From Elusimicrobiota bacterium (GTDB lineage: Bacteria; CG03; SLGR01; JAGXOG01): 64,000 nt of DNA. Made by a program: the position numbers and the translations under genes. The notes under the pieces were generated by a model. That model was not told the origin of the DNA and did no database searches. It saw nothing but the letters and a program-made list of their open reading frames with translations. Shown here piece by piece: positions 1 to 10,808 of the stretch. Positions within the stretch are counted from its first letter, which is position 1. Each line of letters starts with the position of its first letter. The DNA lies in NCBI GenBank assembly GCA_051745145.1, contig JBNJDT010000001.1, forward strand, positions 41,645 through 105,644, in the 5' to 3' direction.

Positions 1-409
1 TATTTTCTAGAATATTAAGCCCTACTTTTCTAAAAAACAAGTTAGATTCTACCGCATCTAAAACTCTGAACTCCGGATCTATCCCAACCCGGAAAGAATT
101 TTCTTTTATAAATCTGGAACAGAATCCATCAATCGTTGAGATTTGAGCACTTCTTAAAACATCTTCCGAGATTTCATTGGAAAGTCTCTCTTTCATTTCA
201 CTGGCGGCTCTTTTTGTAAATGTTACAGTAAGTATAGAACTGCATAACTCTTGTGCGGAAATATTTTTCTCTAAATTATTCTCATAAATATTTATATATT
301 TATTTACCAGAACCCTGGTTTTCCCGGTACCCGCACCGGCTTTAACTACAAATTTACCCGGGGTGGATTTTACGGCTTTGAATTGCTGATCAGTAAATTT
401 TTTATTCAT
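1..409 (-). CDS. UvrD/AddA-like ATP-dependent helicase, N-terminal part (runs off the window)
   Basis: Hand translation from ATG at 409: MNKKFTDQQFKAVKSTPGKFVVKAGAGTGKTRVLV...LTVTFTKRAASEMKERL...ISTIDGFC. Shows Q motif, Walker A, and UvrD motifs Ia/Ib. Not in the ORF track because truncated. Confidence 0.9.
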   Translation of the reverse strand, partial: MNKKFTDQQFKAVKSTPGKFVVKAGAGTGKTRVLVNKYINIYENNLEKNISAQELCSSILTVTFTKRAASEMKERLSNEISEDVLRSAQISTIDGFCSRFIKENSFRVGIDPEFRVLDAVESNLFFRKVGLNILEN

Positions 410-410
410 C

Positions 411-3149
411 TTATCGTTTGCACAGTCTTCTGTAGTAACAAAACCGGCATTTACTGCTTTTACTAGGGGCTTCTTGAAAATTGCCTTTTTTAATTTCCGC
501 CACGGTACTCTTTAAAGTTTCTCTGGCCTTATGGGAAATCCGGGATGCTCTTTCCTGAGTAAAATCAATATTAACTTCCATTTTTTCGGCTTTTTTTCTC
601 AATCTTAAAACAGTAAAGTATTGTGAATTTACCGCCCATTTATAAATGGGAATCTGAAAGTTCTCCCCTCTTTCTACAGCATTTAATAACCCCCTCTTTC
701 CCGGAACTCTTTTACCCGTTTTATAATCAACTGTTCTCGTCTTACCGGAGGGGAGTTTATCTTCACGGTCAACTCTACCTCTTAATTTTATATTTTCCAC
801 TTCAGTATAAAATTTTTTTTCTGTATTTTTAACTTTAAAATTTTCCGCGCCCGGACCGGTAAAATATTCTTCCACTATATTTAAAGTTTTTTTATACAAA
901 TTTCTACTTTCAAATTCCGAGTAAAACTCAAATCCCCCCCATATATCTTTTAGTTTATTTAAGGCTTCTTTTTTATTATCAATTCCCGCTTCATATAATT
1001 TTTGAAAAACTCCGTGAGCCACAATTCCAAATGATTTATATATAGAATCCGGTTCATTTAATCCCACTACATACCTATAAAAAAGTATACGGGGACATTT
1101 AACATAACTTTCTAAAAGTGTATAGGAGAATATATCCGGTAAATTATCTTTAACTCTATTAAATAGCCGTTCATATTTATAATTTTTAACTTGTCTCAGT
1201 AAATTGAATTTTTCGCTAACATCTTCGTCTTCGGAGACCACATCTTCTGCTTTTTTTGTTATCCCGTCTTCAGCTATTTTAGAAATAAGATCAGAATCAT
1301 TAATAATAAATTCTGATTCTCCGTGACTTACAGGCTGTAACTGTTCTTTCTCTAAAAATTCAGATCTGTTTTTGACATTCCCGGAATTTTCAAAATTATA
1401 CCAGGTATATATTACTTCACTACTAGCCCGACTTTGAGCTATTTTGTAAAGCCTTTTTTCAAACTTATATCTTTGCTCAACATTAAAAACCGGTTTAATA
1501 TTCAGGACTTTATAATCTTTAACTTTCAGCAGCGGATTTTCAAAAAACGGCCTGGGAAACGTATCTTCTACCATATCTATAAGATAAACTATTTTACATT
1601 CTAAATTTTTCGCCTGCTGAACCGTCATAATTTTTACTGCCTCTATATCTGGAACATGGGGAATATTTAAATCTTTTCCAAATCCGCTAAGCAATTCATA
1701 GAAATTATCCATAAGCAATTTAAAAGTAAGTTTTTTTCCTTCCAAACTTTCATAATGCTGTGAATAATCTTCTACAATCTTATAAAAATACCCATATAAT
1801 TCAGCACCGAATTTATTATTAGCGGCTCTTTTTAAAAAACCGAATTTTTCCATAATGTAATATATAAATTCTAAGGCATCCTTGTTTTTAGATTCCCTCC
1901 TAAGATTATCCATATATAAATTAAATTCTCTAAATTTTTCCGGATAATTTTCTTCCATAACAGTAATTAGGGATTTCGATTTCAAAATAGCTTTATTCTG
2001 TAATTTGTCTATTTTTTTATCTTCAATAATCCCAGATATTTTCAACATTCTTCTCAACTTAATACCCTGTAAATCTTCTTTACCATCTATATAAGCTAAA
2101 ATTGACATCATCTCTATTACTTCCGGTTGTCTGAAAAAACCTATGCCCCCCAGTGTTACGCTATTTATACCCTGACTTTTTAAAGCCTGAGTAAAAAGTT
2201 CCATATTTTCTCCTACAGACCGGCCGATTATAATGATATCCGAAGGGGTTACCTCTTTTTTCTTTAACTTTATCGCAATATCGGCGGCAACTTTTTTAGC
2301 CTGTTCATCTCTTGTTGAGGCTTCAATAAATTTTTTTTCAAGCCCGGACTTACTTAATTTTTGTTTCATGGTTTTTATCTCAAAATCAAACTTTTGAGTT
2401 AACTTTTGTTTCAACTTATATGGCCGGGCACCCCGAAAACTATATACAGAAATTAAAGGCGATAAAGATATAAAAGCATGCTCTGCATTTTCTCCTATCC
2501 GGGAAATTATATCCCCCATTATTAAATCCATATCTTCGGTTTCATAACTTATAATTATCTTAAATTGAAATAGATCGGGATGGTTTTTAATCATTTTCCG
2601 GGTACTCAAATGTAAATCCACAAAATCAGCGTAATTAAGCTTTTTAAGTTCCCGTTGGTAAAGTTGTAGTATCTTTTTTAATTCTAAATACTTTTGCTTT
2701 TGTGAACCTTTTGCATCTTTGATTTTTTCTGTCCAGTTAGGGTTTCTCTTGGCAATATCTATAAAATTCGATATCTCTCTTACCAATCCCTCTTTATTCC
2801 CAGCAGTTTTAAAAAATCTTAAATTTAAATTTCTTTTTAAAAGAGTCCGGACAATTAGTCTTTTTTCAAAATCCGTAATAATTTTAAAGCCGGGATTGAG
2901 ATCTGTATAAAAATAATTTTCTCTTAAAACTTTTTTACAAAAAGAAGTACCACTTTCTATCCATAACTCACTGTAAGAATTTAAAATATTCTTTGCACAC
3001 TCTTTAAAATTTTCTGCTGATTTTACAGAATTGGTTAAGATAAGTATATTCTCTGTTGAAATATTCCTTTTTAAAAAATTTTTTAACTTTGTTTTAAGAT
3101 AACTTTTTTTGCCCGAGCGGGGAGGTCCCTGTATAAGTTCAAAGACCAT
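411..3149 (-). CDS. AddB/AdnA-like subunit: degenerate UvrD-like helicase plus C-terminal PD-(D/E)XK nuclease with Fe-S staple
   Basis: Degenerate Walker A GPPRSGKK; SVYSFRGA and MTVQQAKNLE helicase motifs; RGRVDR...DYKTG nuclease motif; KCPR plus CRFCYYRRLC give four Cys; abuts the AddA-like gene. Confidence 0.8.
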   Translation of the reverse strand: MVFELIQGPPRSGKKSYLKTKLKNFLKRNISTENILILTNSVKSAENFKECAKNILNSYSELWIESGTSFCKKVLRENYFYTDLNPGFKIITDFEKRLIVRTLLKRNLNLRFFKTAGNKEGLVREISNFIDIAKRNPNWTEKIKDAKGSQKQKYLELKKILQLYQRELKKLNYADFVDLHLSTRKMIKNHPDLFQFKIIISYETEDMDLIMGDIISRIGENAEHAFISLSPLISVYSFRGARPYKLKQKLTQKFDFEIKTMKQKLSKSGLEKKFIEASTRDEQAKKVAADIAIKLKKKEVTPSDIIIIGRSVGENMELFTQALKSQGINSVTLGGIGFFRQPEVIEMMSILAYIDGKEDLQGIKLRRMLKISGIIEDKKIDKLQNKAILKSKSLITVMEENYPEKFREFNLYMDNLRRESKNKDALEFIYYIMEKFGFLKRAANNKFGAELYGYFYKIVEDYSQHYESLEGKKLTFKLLMDNFYELLSGFGKDLNIPHVPDIEAVKIMTVQQAKNLECKIVYLIDMVEDTFPRPFFENPLLKVKDYKVLNIKPVFNVEQRYKFEKRLYKIAQSRASSEVIYTWYNFENSGNVKNRSEFLEKEQLQPVSHGESEFIINDSDLISKIAEDGITKKAEDVVSEDEDVSEKFNLLRQVKNYKYERLFNRVKDNLPDIFSYTLLESYVKCPRILFYRYVVGLNEPDSIYKSFGIVAHGVFQKLYEAGIDNKKEALNKLKDIWGGFEFYSEFESRNLYKKTLNIVEEYFTGPGAENFKVKNTEKKFYTEVENIKLRGRVDREDKLPSGKTRTVDYKTGKRVPGKRGLLNAVERGENFQIPIYKWAVNSQYFTVLRLRKKAEKMEVNIDFTQERASRISHKARETLKSTVAEIKKGNFQEAPSKSSKCRFCYYRRLCKR

Positions 3150-4359
3150 GCCGGTGTATTTTTAAAGTATCCCGAGGATAAATTTTAGTTGAGGCAAGAT
3201 TATTCCACTTTTTTATTGCATTCATGCTCACATTAAACTTCCTTGATATTGTCCAAAGACTATCCCCTCGCCTTACTTTATAATATACCACCCGACGTTT
3301 CCGCCGGCTTATTTGTTGAGCGGTAAGATAATTTTCTTCGGAAAAATTTGCAATAAATTGTTCGTAATTTTCAGCGGGTATTTTAATTTTATATTCTTTG
3401 CCCGGTGGAGTACACATCTGCTTTAATTCAGCATTTAATAATTGTATCTCCTGTATATCTCCCCCACATAAATCAGCCACATTTCTTAAATCAATACTGT
3501 CTTCAACGGTATACTCTTTCCAATTGTATCCTTTTTCATAAAAAGATTCCATTCCAAATAATTCGGGCTCTTTTATAATAAACATAGCCGACATAATTTT
3601 TGGTACAAAATTTTCGGTTTCCCTCGGTAAAAAAAGTTCCCAGTAGTCATCTGTACCCCATCTTTTTATTCTCCGCCGAACCCCACTAGCTCCATAATTG
3701 TAACCGGCCAGAGCCATTTCCCAGCTTCCCAACTGTTCATATAATGCTTTCAAATATTTTGCCGCTGCCTTGGTCGCCTTGTACGGGTCTCTCCTTTCAT
3801 CTATCCAGTAGTTGATTTTTAATCCCTGTTTTTTCGCAGTGGATTCTATAAACTGCCACATGCCCACGGCTCCCGCATGAGATTTTGCAAATGGCGAATA
3901 ACCGGATTCAATAATAGGTACGTATGCTAAATCTTCCGGCAACTCATGTTCAGATAAAATCTTTTTCACATCATTTATATATTTTTTTGAGCGACCGATC
4001 CACTTGTTAAAATTTTTTGCCCCCCGGGTAGTATAATAATCTATCCATTTTTCAACTCTAGAATTCCAGACTAATGGAAAAAGCTCTGTCTCTATATAGG
4101 TATTGCGGGAAAACGGTGATTGATTGGCTTTTAATCTCAGTAAAGCTACCTGACTGTGAAATTTTTCATATTCAGAATCACTCAGTTTTTCTTTGTTCTC
4201 TATAACTTTCTGAATAACATAATCACATATTTCTCTTACAGATTCAATGTTATTATCTTCTAACTCACTTTGAGCTGCTTTTAAATTTTCGCCTATATTT
4301 GACCTTGTAGAATCCAAATCAAAGTTATCCTTAATTTCTACCCGTGACTGACCATTCAA
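3139..4359 (-). CDS. mltD: MltD-like lytic transglycosylase with LysM domain (probable lipoprotein; true start may be upstream)
   Basis: IIESG, AGAVGMWQF, AGYNYG and LPRETENFVPK SLT motifs; C-terminal LysM YKVRRGDSLWTISRKF. Confidence 0.85.
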   Translation of the reverse strand: MNGQSRVEIKDNFDLDSTRSNIGENLKAAQSELEDNNIESVREICDYVIQKVIENKEKLSDSEYEKFHSQVALLRLKANQSPFSRNTYIETELFPLVWNSRVEKWIDYYTTRGAKNFNKWIGRSKKYINDVKKILSEHELPEDLAYVPIIESGYSPFAKSHAGAVGMWQFIESTAKKQGLKINYWIDERRDPYKATKAAAKYLKALYEQLGSWEMALAGYNYGASGVRRRIKRWGTDDYWELFLPRETENFVPKIMSAMFIIKEPELFGMESFYEKGYNWKEYTVEDSIDLRNVADLCGGDIQEIQLLNAELKQMCTPPGKEYKIKIPAENYEQFIANFSEENYLTAQQISRRKRRVVYYKVRRGDSLWTISRKFNVSMNAIKKWNNLASTKIYPRDTLKIHRHGL

Positions 4360-4417
4360 AAAAGTACATCCGGATATTATAAAAAATATTCCCGGCAGTA
4401 AAAATTTATAAAAATTA

Positions 4418-4660
4418 TTAATTATTTTCTTCTTTTTGATGTTTTTCTTTAGTTCTCTTTTTGAGTTTTTCCTGAAGATTACTTATCTCCTTTCTCTTCT
4501 GTTCTTCTCTTTCAGAATTAAGTTCAAAATTTATATCCAGACAAGCTCCCTCGTAGACATCAATATCGAACTGTTCCACCGGAATAAGCATCTTTCCGCC
4601 ATTTTCTACTTCTATAACAACAGTTTCACCATCCTCAATCCTGTCAATAACTGCTCTCAT
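4418..4660 (-). CDS. DUF3006-like small protein
   Basis: MRAVIDRIEDGETVVIE...EG pattern with C-terminal charged helix; GAGGAG Shine-Dalgarno (SD) upstream. Confidence 0.7.
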   Translation of the reverse strand: MRAVIDRIEDGETVVIEVENGGKMLIPVEQFDIDVYEGACLDINFELNSEREEQKRKEISNLQEKLKKRTKEKHQKEENN

Positions 4661-4709
4661 ATTAAACTCCTCTTAAAGTATTTTATAATTACAGTAAACA
4701 AGTTAAAAA

Positions 4710-5750
4710 CTATTTCTCGTCCGTCGGAGTGGCATACTCTATAGTTCTTATGGGAAACGGAATAACTATTCCCTCCCTATTATATCTTTTATGTAATCTC
4801 TTTATAAATTCATGCTGTAACGTAAATCTGTTAAAATATTCTTTAACTCTTAAGATTATCTTTAAATCAATAGAGGAATCGTTAAAAGTAGTAAATCTTA
4901 CTTTGGGTTCAAAAGTACCGTCTCCCCCTTTTATATCTTTTAAAACCTGCTTCGCTATTTCTATAGTTACTTTTTCTACTTTTTCCAGGTCACTTTCATA
5001 GGATACACCTACCGGGATTCTCAAAATACAATTTTTCCCGGATAAATTATAATTTGTAACAATTACATTGCCCAGGGTAGAATTTGGTATTACTATCATA
5101 TTTTCTTCCCTGGTCTTTATTGTTGAATTCCTCCAGGTTATATCTACAACTTCTCCCTGTTGCCCGGATTCTAACATAACAAAATCACCTACCCGGACCT
5201 GGCCGGCAAAAATTATTTGTAACCCGGCAAAAAGGTTTGATAAAGTTTCCTGAAGGGCTAAAGCCACAGCCAGTCCTCCTACACCCAGTGCTGTTATAAG
5301 AGGAGTTATCTTTATGCCCAGACTCTGAAATACTAATAACAAGCCTACTACAAATACCGCTATCTTTATAAGAGTTACAACTATAGTAGTTGACTGGAGT
5401 CCGGACTGGGCCCTATCTGCATAATATTTGGCCAAATTTGCTATTACCTTTATTACTGCAAAAGTAACTGTAGTAATAAATAATATTACAATTGTATTTG
5501 TAATAAATCCGCCGGTTTTAGCGGAGACCCCAAAGAATGGAAATGCTATTCTTGCGCCGACAAGAAAAAACCAGAAACTTATATATGATTTAAAAGGTTC
5601 TATAACATACTTCCAAAATTCGTTTATTTTTGTTACAGCTTTTACTAAATAATTAAACAAAAATTTTTTTATCACCACTCCCGCTAACCAGAAAGAAAAT
5701 ACTATGGCAACAGGTGTAATAAACGAAGGATTTAAAAATTTTTCAAGCAT
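4710..5750 (-). CDS. mscS: Small-conductance mechanosensitive channel (MscS family)
   Basis: ALGVGGLAVALALQETLSNLFAG, VGDFV, IPNS, VGVSYESD and IPFP motifs. Confidence 0.92.
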   Translation of the reverse strand: MLEKFLNPSFITPVAIVFSFWLAGVVIKKFLFNYLVKAVTKINEFWKYVIEPFKSYISFWFFLVGARIAFPFFGVSAKTGGFITNTIVILFITTVTFAVIKVIANLAKYYADRAQSGLQSTTIVVTLIKIAVFVVGLLLVFQSLGIKITPLITALGVGGLAVALALQETLSNLFAGLQIIFAGQVRVGDFVMLESGQQGEVVDITWRNSTIKTREENMIVIPNSTLGNVIVTNYNLSGKNCILRIPVGVSYESDLEKVEKVTIEIAKQVLKDIKGGDGTFEPKVRFTTFNDSSIDLKIILRVKEYFNRFTLQHEFIKRLHKRYNREGIVIPFPIRTIEYATPTDEK

Positions 5751-5965
5751 AATTTTCTCCTAACGATAAAATTATATACAGGCATTTAAAATCTAAATGC
5801 CGTACTAAACTTCTTAAATTTTAAGCCTATTTAAATAAAATTCTACTTATATTATTTTGATTTTATAAAATTTATCTTTCTATAGCAAATTTTATAAAAA
5901 TTTCACTTTTTAAAAAATTTTTGTTATCTTTAAAAAGGTAATTGTAAAATATAAGGAGATATTTA

Positions 5966-6478
5966 ATGAGTATTTTAACTAAAAATCAAATACTAAAAGA
6001 AATTCAAGAAGGTAATATTAAAATCAATCCGTTTAATAAAGAGCGGATAGGACCCGCCTCAATAGACTTAAGTCTAGATAATAAATTTCGGGTTTTCAAA
6101 AAAATTCACGGTACTTTTGCAGTAAAGGAAGAAGCAAATCACGAAGATGTCACTGAATATATAGAAGTTGAGGATTATTTTTTATTAATGCCCGGTGAAA
6201 GTGTCTTGGGAATTACTAAAGAAAAGATATGCCTTCCTCAAGACATTTGCGGATGGCTGGAGGGACGGAGTACTTTTGCACGCCTGGGCCTTACAGTCCA
6301 TGTAACCGCAAGTTTCATGCATCCCGGTATCAAAAGCAAGCAGGTTCTTGAGATAAATAATGTTTCCTCAATACCTTTAGAACTTTATCCGGGTACGTAT
6401 ATCTGTCAGTTTATATTTCAGCGCTGCGAAGGCAAAGCTAAATACACAGGCAAATACCGAAAACAGGAAAGACCGTAA
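5966..6478 (+). CDS. dcd: dCTP deaminase
   Basis: PASIDLSL, EGRSTFARLGL, LEINN, ICQFIF and YTGKY motifs; AAGGAG SD. Confidence 0.9.
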   Translation: MSILTKNQILKEIQEGNIKINPFNKERIGPASIDLSLDNKFRVFKKIHGTFAVKEEANHEDVTEYIEVEDYFLLMPGESVLGITKEKICLPQDICGWLEGRSTFARLGLTVHVTASFMHPGIKSKQVLEINNVSSIPLELYPGTYICQFIFQRCEGKAKYTGKYRKQERP

Positions 6479-6496
6479 AATTTATTATATTTTTAC

Positions 6497-6940
6497 TTAC
6501 TTAAGTTCCTCGATTTTTTTCTGTATTTTTTCCTGTCCTTCCGGAGAACCTAAAAATCCTGGTTTTTGCTGCTCAAATTCTTGAAGTTCCTCTTCAGTAA
6601 TTCCAAGCTGCTCTCTTACTTCTTTAGCTTCTTCTTTAAGCTGCGACTGCAACTGGTCTACTTTTTCAGAATCTCCTTCCCCCATAGCTTCGGCAAATTC
6701 ATCTTCGTGCTCCTGCTGTTTGAGCTGCATACGGGCAGAATATTCTATGTAATCCTCTTCCGATAAGGAAACTTCAACATCGGCTTGGGCTTTTTTATCC
6801 GGTTCTTCTTTTTTGGACCGTTGCGGAGTTTCTATTTTTTCTCCCTCTTTACCTTCTCCCTCTTCACCGCCGTTGCCGCATCCGGCAACAAGAAAAAACA
6901 CGGCAACTGTCAACCCCAACAAGATTTTTCCAATTTTCAT
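6497..6940 (-). CDS. Hypothetical acidic lipoprotein
   Basis: Signal peptide ending in lipobox VAGC; Glu-rich mature part; AGGAGG SD. Confidence 0.75.
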   Translation of the reverse strand: MKIGKILLGLTVAVFFLVAGCGNGGEEGEGKEGEKIETPQRSKKEEPDKKAQADVEVSLSEEDYIEYSARMQLKQQEHEDEFAEAMGEGDSEKVDQLQSQLKEEAKEVREQLGITEEELQEFEQQKPGFLGSPEGQEKIQKKIEELK

Positions 6941-7008
6941 TTTTTCCTCCTTTTTCCCGTTAAAAAATATTTTTTTGGGTCTTTACTTGTTTATTATAAT
7001 AATTTTAT

Positions 7009-7497
7009 CTATTCTATGCCAATCCCTGCCGGAGCATTTCCCCCTGGAGTAGACGCTCCTTCTTCAATATCTAATTCTTCTAAAATTTCTTCGGTAACAT
7101 CCCGAGCTCCGGCAAATAAGACATTCTCATCCATTACATAGTCATAGCCTTTTTCCTCGGCTATATTCCCGATATCCTCCTGCAATGATTGTGTAGCTTC
7201 TGCTTCTAAACGAACTCCGAGTTGCTGTAGTTGCTGCTGTATCATCTGCTGTCCCATACGCTGTTCATCTTCATCCATTTCCTGCAACCGTTTTTGCAGC
7301 TTCTGCTGCTCTTTTTGAAACTCATTCTGGGCCTCTAAAAACGGGGGATACTTTTCAAGAATTCGATTTGTATTAACTGTGACAATAGTTAGCGAATCCT
7401 CGGCAAAAGAAACTGCTGATAATCCTGCAATAATTAATAGTACCGCGAAAAAAAACCTAAAATTTTTACATATTTTTAAAATACTTGACTTGCTCAT
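7009..7497 (-). CDS. skp: OmpH/Skp family periplasmic chaperone
   Basis: Signal peptide, VTVNTNRIL, coiled coil, IAEEKGYDYVMD...DVTEEIL. Start moved to ATG 7497, which follows AAGGAGG. Confidence 0.8.
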   Translation of the reverse strand: MSKSSILKICKNFRFFFAVLLIIAGLSAVSFAEDSLTIVTVNTNRILEKYPPFLEAQNEFQKEQQKLQKRLQEMDEDEQRMGQQMIQQQLQQLGVRLEAEATQSLQEDIGNIAEEKGYDYVMDENVLFAGARDVTEEILEELDIEEGASTPGGNAPAGIGIE

Positions 7498-7592
7498 TAA
7501 AATTTCCTCCTTAACTTTTTCTACCATATAATTCTTATCTATAAATTATAATATATAAAATAAAATGTCAAAAAAAATAACTTCTTACTTAT

Positions 7593-8849
7593 TTATATCT
7601 CTGTTAGTGAAATACTGTTAAACTTTTCTTTTAAAAGTTCATCCCTCTCTTGAAATAGGTTTTCTATTTTATTGTATTTATTACTGTTATTAAACTCCGC
7701 TTTGTTAACCCCCTCACTGTTAAGGGCATTTACTACCTGCCAGGCGGTTACCTCTTCATCCTCCCCTGCCGGTTTAAAATAACGGGTTTTTTGTTGGTGG
7801 AATTCTGTTAATATTCCGACCTCGGTAAGCTCATAGAGAATCCGGTTAATCAGTTTAATCGGCCCCCCGGCTTTTTTTACAATCTCTTCGGCTGAAAGCG
7901 GATCCCCTTTTTCCTGACAATTACGATAAATTATAGATGAGACCAGCAATGCAGCTTTTTCTTTTAAAGAAAAACTTATATCGCCCGGACGTCCTTCACG
8001 CTTATAGATTTTATAATTCTGAACGGCAAAAGACGTTTCCGCCCCAATTAGTATTACAATCCAGCTTATATAAACCCATAAAAAAACAAGAACAAACTGA
8101 GAAAAACTACCGTAAATAAGATTAAACTCGGTTGCTGCTGCCGTTGCCCATATTAGATATATCCTGTAAGAAATATGCCATAATATCCCGGCGGTAATTC
8201 CGCCGGCTAGTGCAGCTTTGATCTTTATTCCAACCACCGGAAAAGCAAAATATAAAAATGAAAACCCAACCATTGTAATTACTACTGGGAAAAGCCCGCT
8301 GCTCACCGGAAACACATTACCGGCAAAATTCATGGCCCCGGATAATCCAACAGTTATTACAACCGGTAGAATTATAATCGCGGATATATAATATATCAAC
8401 TTTTTATACAGAGCCCTACTTTCTTTCACCCCCCATATATCATTAAAAGCTTTTTCCACGTTAAGCAATAAAAAAACAGTAATTTTAAGCAGTAACACCG
8501 CACCGATAATACCGAGGGCACTTAGCTGTGCTGTATCCACGTAATTTATGATTTCCGAAGCAAGTTCGGGATCAAATATAACCTTATTTATAAAATCGGC
8601 ACCGTAAGTTCTCTGTATTCCCAATTTCTGTAATACGGTAAAAATAACAGCGGCCGTAGGAATTACGGCAAGTAAAGTATAATAGGTTAGCGAAGAAGCA
8701 AGCATATGGCATTTATCACGGACAAAATCTTTGGAAATTATTATTATTATTTTTAAAACTCTAAATAGAAAACCGCGTATGCTACCATACTTTTCGGTAT
8801 TTATTACCCATATTTTTTCATTTATAAAATTCTTTATTTTTGACGTCAT
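7593..8849 (-). CDS. YihY/virulence factor BrkB family membrane protein with C-terminal winged-helix extension
   Basis: ASSLTYYTLLAVIP, AFNDIWGV, IYGSF...LWVYISW..ILIGAE; C-terminal LSAEEIVKK...ILYELTEVGIL is HTH-like. Confidence 0.85.
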   Translation of the reverse strand: MTSKIKNFINEKIWVINTEKYGSIRGFLFRVLKIIIIISKDFVRDKCHMLASSLTYYTLLAVIPTAAVIFTVLQKLGIQRTYGADFINKVIFDPELASEIINYVDTAQLSALGIIGAVLLLKITVFLLLNVEKAFNDIWGVKESRALYKKLIYYISAIIILPVVITVGLSGAMNFAGNVFPVSSGLFPVVITMVGFSFLYFAFPVVGIKIKAALAGGITAGILWHISYRIYLIWATAAATEFNLIYGSFSQFVLVFLWVYISWIVILIGAETSFAVQNYKIYKREGRPGDISFSLKEKAALLVSSIIYRNCQEKGDPLSAEEIVKKAGGPIKLINRILYELTEVGILTEFHQQKTRYFKPAGEDEEVTAWQVVNALNSEGVNKAEFNNSNKYNKIENLFQERDELLKEKFNSISLTEI

Positions 8850-8983
8850 TTTAATATTATTTATTTTTTAACCGAACTGCTTTTGTTTATAATATTTTAA
8901 ATAGTAAAGCATTTTTCAGAAAATTGCAAAATCTTTATGCCGGTTTAAAATTCAGTTCGCTGAATAATTTTGAAATTCCTCTT

Positions 8984-9352
8984 CTAATAACCTCGTTTTT
9001 TGAGCTGGTCTTCATCAAAACCAAAGTAATGTGCTGTTTCATGAATAACTGTATGGAAAATCTTCTTTTTCATTTCTTCGGTAAGTTCAACGCCGAAAAC
9101 TTCCTCAAAACTTTCCTTATAAATTTCAATACGGGTGGGCTCTGTTTGAACTGAAAACGTCTTTCTATCTTTTCGGGCAATACCTGTAAATATACCAAAC
9201 ACAATTTTACCCGGATGACGCTCCCTGACCGCCCGGGGTACTTTTTCTCTGGGGAGAATATTTATTTTTTCTTTATTCAAAATTGCCCTGTACTTTTCAG
9301 GCAATTTTAAGACAACCCTGTTGACGGCTTTTTCAAATTTCTGGAATTTCAT
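8984..9352 (-). CDS. Zincin-like (Zincin_1/DUF1025) metallopeptidase
   Basis: PTRIEIY...TVIHETAHYFGFDEDQL contains HEXXH. Confidence 0.8.
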   Translation of the reverse strand: MKFQKFEKAVNRVVLKLPEKYRAILNKEKINILPREKVPRAVRERHPGKIVFGIFTGIARKDRKTFSVQTEPTRIEIYKESFEEVFGVELTEEMKKKIFHTVIHETAHYFGFDEDQLKKRGY

Positions 9353-9614
9353 TTGATTTGCTTTTAACTAACATACCACCTGCAGGAGACGGCCCGCAGC
9401 CTTTATTGAGTTTCAAAACTGTTTCTACCTGAGTAATAATGGCATGCAATTTTATTTTTCAAATTCCACCGGGTCAGCAGCTTTATTCCAAAGCAGATTT
9501 AAATATAAAGTAGATGAATGATTATTCCCGCTATAATATAGAGAGAATACGTACTCCACTCCTCTTATTTTCCTGTAGTTTAAACACTAAATAACTATTT
9601 AATTTTCAGTAAAT

Positions 9615-10808
9615 TTATTTTTCTATAAATTTTTTAAACTTAGTTAATCCTTCTTCCATTTCTTCAGCTGATATTCCGGAATAGGCAAATCTAATATATT
9701 TCTCGGTCTCTCCCGGCAATTTTTTACCGAAATGTAATCTGGTGCAAAAAGATACTCCGGTTTCATGAAGCACAGTTTTTCTAAATTCCGAATAAGTATC
9801 TATTCCCAGTTTATCCATAGCCTCCGTTACATTGGGGAATAAATAAAAAGTCGTCTGGGGTTTAAAACATTTCACTTCTTTAATAGAATTTAAAATTTCA
9901 AATCCCACGTCTCTTCTTTTTTCAAGGGTATTCAGTATATTTTTTACCCCGGACTGGTCACCGGTAAGTCCTTCAAGAGCACCGTACTGAACAAAATGAT
10001 TAGAACAGGACTCGTCATTAGTATTTAATTTTCCTACAATCGGCGCTATATCATCGGGGGCAATAGCCGCTCCCAATCTCCAGCCGGTCATAGCAAATTT
10101 TTTAGAAAATGTATAGGCAATTACACACCTTTCCTGCATTCCGTCAAGGGAGGTTAGCGATTTTGATTTTCCCGAATACCTAATATCAAAATAAGCTTCA
10201 TCACAGAGCACATATAAATCATGCTTCCTGACCAAACCAGCAATCCTTTCTAATTCCTCTTCGGAAGCTTCGGCAGCCATGGGATTTTGAAAATCGTTAA
10301 AAATTAAAATTTTTGTGTTCTCTGTAATAGAATTTTCCAGACCGTCAAGATCAAGTTTGAAACCTTCTTTTCCTTCCCTATAAGTATAGGGCACCGGAAT
10401 ACCTCCATGAAACTCTATCTGGGATTCGTAAATCGGATAACCGGGGTTGGGATAGAGGACTTCATCGCCAGGATTCATCAAAGCCAAAATAAATTTCCCT
10501 ATAACAGGTTTTCCGCCGGGTTGAATGATAACATTTTCCATACTGTAGTCAGTATTATGGGATTTATTAATATCTTCTGCCAGGGCCTCTCTGAGAGAAT
10601 CAATACCCGCATTAGGGCAGTAACCCGTCTTACCATCTTTTATAGCTTTAAAAGTGGCTTCCTGTATATTTTTCGGGGTGGGTAGATCAATATCTCCAAG
10701 ATGAAAGGGGTAAATTTTATTTCCCTGAGCCGCAAACTCCGAAGCTTCCTGAGATACGGCAAATGCCGTTTCTGTTCCTAAACGTCCAATTCTTTTTGCT
10801 AATTTCAT
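9615..10808 (-). CDS. PLP-dependent class I/II aminotransferase
   Basis: NPGYPIY, DEAY, TFSKKFAMTGWRLG (PLP lysine), IRFAY. Confidence 0.9.
   Translation of the reverse strand: MKLAKRIGRLGTETAFAVSQEASEFAAQGNKIYPFHLGDIDLPTPKNIQEATFKAIKDGKTGYCPNAGIDSLREALAEDINKSHNTDYSMENVIIQPGGKPVIGKFILALMNPGDEVLYPNPGYPIYESQIEFHGGIPVPYTYREGKEGFKLDLDGLENSITENTKILIFNDFQNPMAAEASEEELERIAGLVRKHDLYVLCDEAYFDIRYSGKSKSLTSLDGMQERCVIAYTFSKKFAMTGWRLGAAIAPDDIAPIVGKLNTNDESCSNHFVQYGALEGLTGDQSGVKNILNTLEKRRDVGFEILNSIKEVKCFKPQTTFYLFPNVTEAMDKLGIDTYSEFRKTVLHETGVSFCTRLHFGKKLPGETEKYIRFAYSGISAEEMEEGLTKFKKFIEK

Noticed and set aside
9353..9614. Small ORF (GTG start, 35 aa) or riboswitch in the intergenic region
   Set aside because: The SD-like sequence abuts the GTG, there is no recognisable protein motif, and I could not match an RNA family by eye; an Rfam search would settle it.
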